From: Octopus sinensis | Taxonomy: Eukaryota | Reading direction: 5' to 3' | DNA: 64,000 bases | Assembly (NCBI RefSeq): GCF_006345805.1 | Contig: NC_043010.1 | Location: 34,410,001-34,474,000, forward strand | Shown: positions 38,301 to 50,099 of the stretch, in pieces | How positions within the stretch are numbered: position 1 is the stretch's first letter | Layout of the letters: every line of letters begins with the position of its first letter | Position numbers and translations under genes: made by a program | Notes under the pieces: model-generated | Seen by the model: only the letters and a program-made list of their open reading frames with translations | Database searches by the model: none | Told to the model about the DNA's origin: nothing

Positions 38301-41300
38301 CTAAAGTGGGATCCTTCTCCTCCCAATCATTATCCTCTTCAAGAGCTGAATATTCCAAGTCATCATCTTCTTTACCAGGTGTCATGGGTGTATAAAACAT
38401 TGACCAAACATCTGTTTCATCATGGGTTGCCTTCTCTTCAGAGGAATCTGTGACATCTTTGTGGTGAGACGGAGATGGTAAATCCCTAGTTCTGTCAGTT
38501 ATACTAAGTTCTTTTTCATTAACAGACACATAAATGTTGTTATCGGAATCCCATTGTTTTGTACAAGAAACAGTTGAAGATTTAGCAACAACTTCTGTAT
38601 GTCTTGAGTTTATCACATTGTTACTAGAATCATCAGTACTCAGAATATCAGCATCTTCAAGAGGATCTGACACAGTGTCTTTCCAAGATTCTAAGAAAGT
38701 CTTTGCAGGTTCTTCCACTTTTGTTCTTACCTGAACTAAAGTGGGATCTTTCTCCTTCCAGTCATTATCCTCTTCAAGAGCTGAATATTCCAAGTCGTAA
38801 TCCGATGGTTCGATTCTGACTGATGTTACATCATCACCAACACTCTCATGGACAATATTCTCAGATGTAGATAGTGATTCCAATTTCTTCACATCAATAC
38901 TTTTTGTACCAATATTTTGGTCTTTGGATTTTCCATCATCAGGTGTTTGGTCTTCAGTACTGAGAATATCAGCATCTTCAAGAGGATCTGATACAGTATC
39001 TTTCCAAGATTCCAAGAAAGTCTTTTCAGGTTCTTCCACTTTTGTTCTTACTTGGACTAAAGTGGGATCTTTCTCTTCCCAATCATTATCCTCTTCAAGA
39101 GCTGAATATTCCAAGCTGTCATCTGATGGTTCAAGTTTCACTGATGTCACATCATGATCATCAAATCTCTCTCTGCCTACATTTTCAGAAGTCACTCTAT
39201 CAAAAGCCTTTGTTTCAAAATCTTGTTCCTTGGTATCTAAATCACCAGATATTTGATGATCTTCAGTTCTTAGAATATCAACATCTTTAAGATGATCTGA
39301 CACAGTATCTTTACAAGATTGCAAGGAAGTTTCCATAGGCTCTTCACCTTCTTGTCTTTCCTGAGCTAAATTTGGGTCTTTCTCTTTCAAGCCATTATCC
39401 TCTTCAAGAGCTGAATAATCCACTTTAGTGTATGATGTATTTTCTTCTATTTTACTACCATCCTCTGCATCAACAAATTCCATTTTAAGCTCCTCTTCTG
39501 CATCAACAAATTCAGCATCTTCCTTATCTGAATATTCACTGTCTTCTGTTGTCTCTTTGTGACTTAAATCCTGATGTTCGCTTTCAACAATTTCTTTCTC
39601 TGAGAATAAGTTCCCATCTTCAGTTGTCTGATGCACAGATGTTTTCTCAAAGACACTAGTTTGTGTAACTATTGTATTTGAATCTTGATATTCATAACGA
39701 CTGCTAGTTTCTTTGTCAGTAGATGAGTCGTCATTATCAGACATCACTTCCTCCTTCTTGTCATTCTCTTCCTCCTCACCATTTTCTGGAGAAGTAGAAA
39801 GCATAGCTAACCATATATCATCATCATCTTGATCATCATAATCATCGCCTTTCTTATCAGGTTCTTCTTCCAAAGTTTTTATTTCATCTACTTTTCCTGA
39901 AGGTTCTTCATCTGATTGGAAGGTGTCACATGTCATTTTCTTGATATCAGTGTCTTTAATCAAAGAACCTTCAGGTTTGGAAGGTGAACCATCAATATGA
40001 TCAATGCTTTTGGATTCACTTGTGGTATCTGACTGAAAAAATCCATCTTTGGAAAAACTTTTGGAACTTCGTTCAATTGTGCGGAAATTGGTATCAGGTA
40101 TTAGAAAAGACTCACATCTATCAATACTGCATTCATCTGTAAAAGAGATATTCTCAGATATTAATGTTTTTTCTTGAAGCATTGAGTCCAACTGCAGAGA
40201 GAGATCAAAATGTCTACCACTGATGTTATTTTCAGCAGGTGTTTTGTCATCAGATATCTCTTTCTTTTCAGAATTACTCTCTTTCCTATTTTCTTCACTA
40301 TCAAGAGAAGGTGCTTGATGTTTCCCACCAGAATTAGAAGAACCTAATAATATGTCAGAAGATTCTGTGACAATTTTGTGCTGAGATATAGATGGTAAAT
40401 TTCTAGTTACTTGTGTTATACCAAGTTCATTTTCAATGTCATCAACAGACACATAAATATTGTCATCAGAATCCCAATTTCTCTGAGTAGGAAAAGTTGA
40501 AGATTTAGCAACAACCTCTGCATGTCTAGATTGCATCACATTGACAGAATCATCAGTACTGAGAATATCAGCATCTTCAAGAGGATCTGACACAGTGTCT
40601 TTCCAAGATTCTAAGAAAGTCTTTGCAGGTTCTTCCACTTTTGTTCTTACCGGAACTAAAGTGGGATCTTTCTCCTTCCAGTCATTATCCTCTTCAAGAG
40701 CTGAATATTCCAAGTCGTAATCTGATGGTTCAATTCTGACTGATGTCACATCATCACCAACACTCTCTCGAACAATAATCTCAGAGGTAGATATACATTC
40801 CAATTTATTTGTAGCAATATTTTTTGTATCAAGACCTTGGTGCTTGGTTTTCCCATCATCAGGTGTTTGGTCTTCAGTACTGAGAATATCAGCATCTTCA
40901 AGAGGATCTGACACAGTATCTTTCCAAGATTCTAAGAAAGTCTTTGCAGGTTCTTCCACTTTCGTTCTTACCTGAACTAAAGTTGAATCCTTCTCCTTCC
41001 AGTCATTATCCTCTTCAAGAGCTGAATATTCCAAGTCGTAATCTGATGGTTCAATTCTGACTGATGTCACATCATCACCAACACTCTCTTGGACAATATT
41101 CTCAGAAGAAGATATTGATTTAAATTCTTCACATCAATACTTTTTGTACCAACATTTTGGTCTTTGGGTTTTCCATCATCAGGTGTTTGGTCTTCAGTAC
41201 TCAGAATATCAGCATCTTCAAGAGGATCTGACGCAGTGTCTTTCCAAGATTCCAAGAAAGTCTTTGCAGGTTCTTCCACTTTTGTTCTTACCTGAACTAA

Positions 41301-44300
41301 AGTGGGATCTTTCTCCTTCCAGTCATTATCCTCTTCAAGAGCTGAATATTCCAAGTCGTAATCTGATGGTTCAATTCTGAGTGATGTCACATCATCACCA
41401 ACACTCTCTTGGACAATATTCTCAGAAGTAGGTATTGATTTAAATTTCTTCACATCAATACTTTTTGTACCAACATTTTGGTCTTTGGATTTTCCATCAT
41501 CAGGTGTTTGGTCTTCAGTACTCAGAATATCAGCATCTTCAAGAGGATCTGACACAGTGTCTTTCCAAGATTCTATGAAAGTCTTTGCAGGTTCTTCCAC
41601 TTTTGTTCTTACCTGAACTAAAGTGGGATCTTTCTCCTTCCAGTCATTATCCTCTTCAAGAGCTGAATATTCCAAGTCGTAATCTGATGGTTCAATTCTG
41701 AGTGATGTCACATCATCACCAACACTCTCTTGGACAATATTCTCAGAAGAAGATATTGATTTAAATTTCTTCACATCAATACTTTTTGTACCAACATTTT
41801 GGTCTTTGGGTTTTCCATCATCAGGTGTTTGGTCTTCAGTACTCAGAATATCAGCATCTTCAAGAGGATCTGACGCAGTGTCTTTCCAAGATTCTGAGAA
41901 AGTCTTTTCAGGTTCTTCTACTTTTGATCTTACCTGAACTAAAGTTGGATCTTTCTCCTTCCAGTCATTATCCTCTTCAAGAGCTGAATATTCCAAGTCG
42001 TAATCTGATGGTTCAATTCTGACTGATGTCACATCATCACCAACACTCTCTTGGACAATATTCTCAGAAGTAGGTATTGATTTAAATTTCTTCACATCAA
42101 TACTTTTTGTACCAACATTTTGGTCTTTGGGTTTTCCATCATCAGGTGTTTGGTCTTCAGTACTCAGAATATCAGCATCTTCAAGAGGATCTGACACAGT
42201 GTCTTTCCAAGATTCTAAGAAAGTCTTTGCAGGTTCTTCCACTTTTGTTCTTACCTGAACTAAAGTGGGATCTTTCTCCTTCCAGTCATTATCCTCTTCA
42301 AGAGCTGAATATTCCAAGTCGTAATCTGATGGTTCAATTCTGAGTGATGTCACATCATCACCAAAACTCTCTTGGACAATATTCTCAGAAGTAGGTATTG
42401 ATTTAAATTTCTTCACATCAATACTTTTTGTACCAACATTTTGGTCTTTGGATTTTCCATCATCAGGTGTTTGGTCTTCAGTACTCACAATATCAGCATC
42501 TTCAAGAGGATCTGACACAGTGTCTTTCCAAGATTCTATGAAAGTCTTTTCAGGTTCTTCCACTTTTGTTCTTACCTGAACTAAAGTGGGATCTTTCTCC
42601 TTCCAGTCATTATCCTCTTCAAGAGCTGAATATTCCAAGTCGTAATCTGATGGTTCAATTCTGACTGATGTCACATCATCACCAACACTTTCTTGGACAA
42701 TATTCTCAGAAGTAGATATTGATTTCAATTTCTTCACATCAATACTTTTTGTACCAACATTTTGGTCTTTGGATTTTCCATCATCAGGAGTTTGGTCTTC
42801 AGTACTCAGAATATCAGCATCTTCAAGAGGATCTGACACAGTGTCTTTCCAAGATTCTAAGAAAGTCTTTTCAGGTTCTTCCACTTTTGTTCTTACCTGA
42901 ACTAAAGTGGGATCTTTCTCCTTCCAGTCATTATCCTCTTCAAGAGCTGAATATTCCAAGTCGTAATCTGATGGTTCAATTCTGACTGATGTCACATCAT
43001 CACCAACACTCTCTTGGACAATATTCTCAGAAGTAGGTATTGATTTCAATTTCTTCACATCAATACTTTTTGTATCAACATTTTGGTCTTTGGATTTTCC
43101 ATCATCAGGTGTTTGGTCTTCAGTACTCAGAATATCAGCATCTTCAAGAGGATCTGACACAGTGTCTTTCCAAGATTCTAAGAAAGTCTTTTCAGGTTCT
43201 TCCACTTTTGTTCTTACCTGAACTAAAGTGGGATCTTTCTCCTTCCAGTCATTATCCTCTTCAAGAGCTGAATATTCCAAGTCGTAATCTGATGGTTCAA
43301 TTCTGAGTGATGTCACATCATCACCAACACTCTCTGGACAATATTCTCAGAAGTAGGTATTGATTTAAATTTCTTCACATCAATACTTTTTGTACCAACA
43401 TTTTGGTCTTTGGATTTTCCATCATCAGGTGTTTGGTCTTCAGTACTCAGAATATCAGCATCTTCAAGAGGATCTGACACAGTGTCTTTCCAAGATTCTA
43501 AGAAAGTCTTTTCAGGTTCTTCCACTTTTGTTCTTACCTGAACTAAAGTGGGATCTTTCTCCTTCCAGTCATTATCCTCTTCAAGAGCTGAATATTCCAA
43601 GTCGTAATCTGATGGTTCAATTCTGACTGATGTCACATCATCACCAACAATTTCTTGGACAATATTCTCAGAAGTAGATATTGATTTCAATTTCTTCACA
43701 TCAATACTTTTTGTACCAACATTTTGGTCTTTGGATTTTCCATCATCAGGTGTTTGGTCTTCAGTACTCAGAATATCAGCATCTTCAAGAGGATCTGACA
43801 CAGTGTCTTTCCAAGATTCTAAGAAAGTCTTTTCAGGTTCTTCCACTTTTGTTCTTACCTGAACTAAAGTGGGATCTTTCTCCTTCCAGTCATTATCCTC
43901 TTCAAGAGCTGAATATTCCAAGTCGTAATCTGATGGTTCAATTCTGACTGATGTCACATCATCACCAACACTCTCTTGGACAATATTCTCAGAAGTAGGT
44001 ATTGATTTCAATTTCTTCACATCAATACTTTTTGTATCAACATTTTGGTCTTTGGATTTTCCATCATCAGGTGTTTGGTCTTCAGTACTCAGAATATCAG
44101 CATCTTCAAGAGGATCTGACACAGTGTCTTTCCAAGATTCCAAGAAAGTCTCCACAGGTTCTTCATATTTATGTTTTACCTGAAATAATGTAGGGCCTTT
44201 TTCTTCCCAGTCATTATCCTCTTCAAGAGCTGAATATTCCAAGTTGTCTATTTGCACAGACATCACCTCAGAAACACCTACTTCCCTTATAACATTTTCA

Positions 44301-47101
44301 GAAGTGGGAGTATTAATGTCAGGAATGTTTGAATATATCACAGTATTTATGTTTTTTCCATCATTAGTGTTGTCATAGTTTGGTATTTCCACATCTCTTG
44401 TTAGAATATCAGCATCTTCAAGAGGATCTGATGCAGTGTCTTGCCAAGATTCCAAGAACGTCTGCACCGGCAATTGATGATATTCAACAACTTGTAGTTT
44501 GGACGGATCTTTCTCTTCCCAGTCATTATCCTCTTCAAGAGCTGAATATTCAAGATTCTTCTCATCTGTAGCTGCATCGTTTTTTCCATTTTCAGAAGAA
44601 TCTAAAAGATTTTCATTCTTTAAAATTTCATGAGTATTTATTTCTCTATCTACAGAATGTACTGTTTCCCCAGAACTTTCAGGATCTTGGGACTCATCTC
44701 CATTCATTAACAGCTGTGTTGTGATGTTGTTTATTTCACTGTGATGAATGCCAAGCAGTTCTTGTGTTCCTTGAGATGAGCAGTCGATAACTCCTGAAGT
44801 GATCTTATCACTTTCAACTTTTGTAACCTGAGGATCTTGTCTTCTTTCAGATGTTTTTGTGTCTCCAACACCTTTGAAACTATCTTCTGATGAATAAAAT
44901 TTTGACCATATATAAAGATCTTTCCGATCTTCTTCAAGTGGTTCAGACACAGTGTATTTCCAATCAGTGCTATATTGATTTCTGTCGATCAATGATTTAT
45001 AATCATCTGTGTTCTCATCTGTTTCATAAAATTTCCTCCAAATTTCATTGTCTCTGCTTATTTTCAAAGCCTTCTCTTCCCAATCCTTGTTGGATATTGG
45101 ATTGTAAAACATTTTCCAAATGTCTTCATGCTCTATTTCATTTTCCAAAGGTTCAGATTCTGTAGAATCGTCTTTCAGTAAGTATGCCATGGTGTCATTA
45201 TTGTCTTTACTTGGTTCTTTCAGAGTAAGACATGGCTTTTCATTCCAGTCATTATCCTCCTCAAGTGGAGAATAAAACTTTGTCCAAACCTCATTATATT
45301 CCGTATCTAAATTTGAAGTTACTGAATCTGAATGTGGTTGTACAGTTTGGTCAATGGGACTGGATCTTCCATCAAATCCAGTTGAAACACCCAAAGTAAC
45401 TTCCTCTGAGTGTGATGGAAGCCTATTGCTTTCTGGTTCTGGTGATGCTTTTGTCTCTGGCTGGGTTAAACCAGCTTTGCTTGTCATAATGTCCTTGCTT
45501 ATTGATGTCATTTTAGTTACAGGACATATGTCATATAATGTTTCGGTAACATATTGGTGTGGTTGTTGGGTTTGAGTTTCATCAAGATTAGAGGACACTT
45601 GGTAAGTTTTGTCCTCCAAATTAGTCCACTGAGGAATATTATCTGACTGATTTACTAAGATGGAACTAGTGGTGTCAGTCATTTTCATATCAGTTTTTTG
45701 TTCAACTGAATTATATTCAAAGTTGTTTAATTCACTCTCATCTTTAGATGTTTCTGTATGAGAGGAAACATTAGTGACCAAATCAGACCTGCTAAATTGG
45801 GCATCTACAGTGTCTGAAGATTTGGTCTCTTCTGGCTTACCTGTAGATTGTAAAGAAGCTTCTTCAGCCTCTCCACTTGTGACAATTTCTTGGGTAGTTT
45901 TTTGTGTTCTGTCAGAGTCGAGTAGGCTAATGTTGGTATCAGCTTCAACAGGTATTAGCTTCTCAGAACTTTTCAGTTCTTCATATTTTTGTACGTTTGT
46001 GTCTCTTCTAGAAACAACATCTTTAGCTCCTAGCGAATTCAGTTTTTCACCTGTATATTCTAATTCATAATCTTCAGTTTCTTCTCCATCTAAACTTTGT
46101 ATTTTTAGGGGTTGTTTTAAAATTGGGCTAACTGAAGATTCTTGAAAGGATAAAGGATCAGATTCTTTTGTGTTAGTGGCTTGTAATGTAGCTTGGTCCA
46201 AAAGAGAACCATCCTTTATAACTAAACTAGACATTTCTTGACTAAACCTTATCTGGTCTCCTTGTAGGGAATCTAAGCCTGAAGATACGTCATCTCTTGA
46301 GACAGTTATAGAACTTTCACAGATGTTAGTACTGTAATTGTCTTCAGAGACTTGAGTTACTCCTAAATCTAAAGCCCCACCACTGCCACTTTCAGGTTTT
46401 TCTACTCTAGTTACATCAGACTGGCTATGGGCAACATATTCTAAATCAGATTGATCTAAACTTTCATGGTCAAACTCATGTGAAGTTTCTGATATGGGGG
46501 TAGAAATACTAAGATCACCTGACATGAGGCCTGAATCAAACATCTCTGATGTGGAATAATCACTGCTAGGGGATATTTCTTCTCTACGATCTAAATACTT
46601 TAGTTTTGAGTTTTCATTCGCTGAAGGAGATTCTACAAGAGAATCGTTGTTAGTCACATGATCAACATTTAAGTCACTGGTAGCTTTGACCAGTCCTGCA
46701 TCTACATCACTGCAAATACCATTATAAAAAAAACCATTGCTTACTTCCTCAGCTTTGGAAGCAGTGTTGCCATCTGTGTCTTCACTGTACTCTGCCAAAC
46801 CTGAAGTTTCGGAAGTTTTCTTTGTAAGTGCATTTGTTTCTTGAAGAGAGGTAATGTCTCCTGCCCCAGGCTGTTGAATCTCCACAGTTGGAGAATGTAT
46901 ATTGCTGAGGCGAGTTTGCATTTCACAAACGTCCTTTCCAGGGGCCGATTCTTCTTCATTGTATGCCCAAGCCCATGGAAAGTCATCAGCCCATCCTGTG
47001 TTAGCTGGCGGTAAAGAAATGGGAGTTTCTTCGGTTGGGGGAGATTTTAGGAATGGGTCTGTTAAAGATTCGGTGCTGCCAAAACCCTCACTATTTAGCA
47101 C
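26332..47101 (-). CDS. Giant coding exon (20,770 nt as assembled; 20,772 nt = 6,924 aa after repairing two 1-nt deletions): disordered repeat-rich scaffold region
   Basis: Three abutting ORFs (47155-43313, 43316-41067, 41070-26290) are broken only where a repeat unit lacks one T (about 43335 and 41125). Acceptor atttctttacAG|GTG at 47101 in phase 0. Donor CGT|GTAAGA at 26332 in phase 0 (alternatives: ACTG|GTACAC at 26340, or read-through to TAA at 26290). No SINE or microsatellite in about 21 kb. Confidence 0.85.
34880..44560 (-). repeat. Coding tandem repeat array: 27 YSALEED motifs, mostly in a 321-bp/107-aa unit, interleaved with a second module
   Basis: The unit [61 protein letters not shown]... 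was counted in the three ORF translations (4+7+16). Periodicity 321 bp (e.g. 41786/42107, 42719/43040). Confidence 0.95.
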
Positions 47102-48555
47102 CTGTAAAGAAATGGTACAAATATTAGAAAATAATAATTTCATACACAGACACAATTAAAAAAAAAAGAAAATTTGCAGGGAATAAGTAGGTTGGTAGGT
47201 AAAACAGTTTCAGAAAGAGAGCTAAGTTAATAGGGTGTTGGTTTACTGGATAACTGAAGGACTGGTGGCCTGTATCCTTATCACTGGTTTTAGGAAGTAA
47301 TAAAACAGCATTTTCAATTGTTTAACCCCGGGTTTCCCTGAATGAGTAGACCTATGACCAAAAGCATTCCAACCATAACCATCCCACATATTTTTGTGTT
47401 TGTGGGACTACACTGTTTAATGTGTCCTTTATAGTGTGTGAATTGAAGGGGATTTGGTTATTCACTCTTTCTAGCAGATTAAACAAGTAAAAAGAGAGGT
47501 TTAACTCATTAGTTTAAGGGCTAAGCAGTCATATTCCATCTCTCGTGCTATATTTTATCAGTGGCCAATACACTTAGTTCCTATCAGTGGCTAAGTTCTT
47601 AATGGTTTGTTCCATTAGCTTTTAATAAATAGGTACCATGGTTAGGTGCTGGGGTTATGCTTACAGCTTCAAAGTAGCAACGTTACAGCCTAAGTTGACT
47701 GGCATTTCAATGACTTCTAGTGTTGAGTTCAAATCCTACCACATGTACAGCTTAAAGAGATGTAACTGGAAGTTGTGGCATTCATACCTTCTGCAAGCTG
47801 GGACAAATACTGCAAGGAGTTTTGTCCAGTACTCTAATGGTTCCATCAACCTATCACTGGATTAGTACCTTATTTTAAATTCCAAATCCAAAACGATGAA
47901 GAACAAAGGATTTGAACTCAGTACATAAACAGACTTAACTACTTTCGGGTAAGAGTATAAAAAAAAATTGCATCTCTCTGCCAAACCATGTTGAGTCAGT
48001 GTGGCAGGGTAGACTCATCAAATCAGTATGATCTCAAGCTCAAATTCACAGTCTCTACAATAGACTGTGATTGGGTGGAGAGAACATGTTGAGGCCTTTG
48101 TCTTGCAGTGGACAGAACATGGGCAATCCAATCCAGTCCAGTCCAACCTACATAAACAGTCAGAATATTTGTCATTTTGACAGACACTTCAATGATCCTA
48201 CCAATCCACTGCCATTAATAAAAATAATAACATAGAGGAAATGTTTAAAAAAAAAATGAAGGAAGAAGGTAAAAATCATTTTCTGATACACTCTTAGGAA
48301 TTTCTTCTATAATAATGTCCTCAATGTACCCACTTAAGTACTCTGTTAAAGGTCAAATGGATAAGGACTAGTGGTAATCTACTTTCAGTTTCATTGTTGT
48401 GGAGTATTGAGCCTTGCATTTGAAATTATACAGGTTTAAAGATGCTGCTGTTGTTTTTAGCCTGACATCAACCCTGAACCAGCAGCCTAAACCTGAAAGC
48501 ATTTGAGCCTTGACCATCTGTATTTTTCCTCAGAATTCATACATACATACATACA

Positions 48556-48586
<31 letters not shown>

Positions 48587-49153
48587 GAGTGTGTGTGTGT
48601 GTATGTGTGTTTGTGTTAGGTCACTCTTGAACGCTACTGGTAACATGTAATCCACAACAGCCTGTAGGATGTCTGGGCCATCAGGAACTAAACTGGCAAT
48701 ATTACAACACTTGATTAGCAGGGTGGCTTTTTGCACACTGAGCAGGATAAAAATCAAGAGCTGTCAAAGGGGAGATGAACTGAGGAGGGTCAATGACCAT
48801 CCAAGTACATAACACACACACACACACACTTAATCCAATGTATCCTTCCCATTTTAAGATAGTAGGGTGTGGTTTGAGGAAGCGCTATTTCTAGCAGGTT
48901 GAGTAATCACATAAAATAAATCCCTGTTGGTTTGTAGGTTTTAAGATCCTTTTACTTTTTAGCCCTTGATCAGTTCTAACCAAACAGACCTATGGTCAAA
49001 TGTGTTCCAGCCATGACAATCCTGACTTATTTACAGACTTAGTATATCTAGTGCAATAGAGTCCAATATGTCTTTTTTTTTTAAGATGTAAGGCAGGGAG
49101 ATTTGACTGCTGTTTTTAACCCACAGGTTTGTGAGAGAAGGGATTTCTCGTAC

Positions 49154-49264
49154 CTCTTGGGATATTGTGCATCTTTCATCTTTCCCAACGGTATCCCTGC
49201 GACTCGATGACTTGCTCCATTCAGCATGGCCCATTTTCACTAGCTCTTCATTGATGTTAGTTGT
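49154..49264 (-). CDS. Exon (phase 0-0) TTNINEELVKMGHAEWSKSSSRRDTVGKDERCTISQE: C-terminal helix of an extended Tudor/SN-like domain
   Basis: Acceptor tttttttttaccctctag| and donor GAG|GTACGA; 111 nt. INEELVKMGHAEW fits the recalled IN..LV..G.A.W terminus of extended Tudor domains (e.g. AKAP1 INRSLVERGLAQW). Phase matches the giant-exon acceptor. Confidence 0.75.
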
Positions 49265-49542
49265 CTAGAGGGTAAAAAAAAAATATATATATATATATAA
49301 GTTAAATTAATATTACAAATAGAAGAATAGAAATACATATTTATTATGTGGATACATACATGTAGACAAATATATATTCATAAAGTTAAAGATGTTGATT
49401 TTTATACAAGTAAATAAATCACACAAAATTTAAATTAATTCAAAATGAACAAAAATGTAACACACGCACAAACACACCCACCCACATACATGTATACATA
49501 TATGTATATATACATACAATGCATGCATACACATACACACAA

Positions 49543-49592
<50 letters not shown>

Positions 49593-49604
49593 TATACTCT
49601 TTCA

Positions 49605-50005
49605 CTCTTTTACATGTTTCAGTCATTTGACTGCGGCCATGCTGGAGCACCACCTTAATCGAGAAATCGACCCCAGGATTTATTCTTTGTAAGCCTAGTA
49701 CTTATTCTATTGATCTCTTTTGCTGAACCAGTAAGTTTTGGGGACATAAACACACCAACATCAGTTGTCAAGTGATGCTGGGGGGACAAACACAGACACA
49801 AAGACACACACACATAAATATATATACACATATATATACATGACAGGCTTCTTTCAGTTTCCATCTATCAAATTCACTCACAAGGTTTTGGTCAGCCTGA
49901 GGCTATAGCGGAAGGCACTTGCCCAAGGTGCAATTCAGTGGGACTGTACTCAGAACCATGTGGTTGAGAAGCAAGTTTTTTACCACACAGTCATATCTGT
50001 GCCTA
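49605..50005 (-). mobile_element. Composite SINE, reverse orientation
   Basis: Nearly colinear with 14160-14545. Confidence 0.8.
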
Positions 50006-50099
50006 TAGTATAAAGTTAACTTAAAATATTAAAAGATATATGAATAAAAAAGAATTGAAAATAGGAAAAATGTTACAAACAACCCAAAATATAAATATA

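Noticed and set aside
41120-43340. Programmed ribosomal frameshifting linking the three ORFs
   Set aside because: The same sites in neighbouring near-identical units have the extra T and stay in frame; no unique slippery site or structure is evident. Sequencing error or mutation is simpler.
36222-44193. Repeated + strand ORFs (MYQHFGLW..., MISISSHQ...)
   Set aside because: Antisense shadows of the 321-bp coding repeat. The same holds for the + strand ORFs at 27005-35314.
26332-47101. Identification as giant ankyrin, titin/PEVK, MAP1B/futsch or a mucin
   Set aside because: No ankyrin, ZU5, death, Ig or Fn3 exons are seen, and the adjacent in-phase exons look Tudor-like. The repeat unit matches none I recognise.
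47102-47155. ORF-track start MCLCMKLLFSNICTISLQ
   Set aside because: Lies in the pyrimidine-rich intron end upstream of the acceptor at 47101; not a credible N-terminus.
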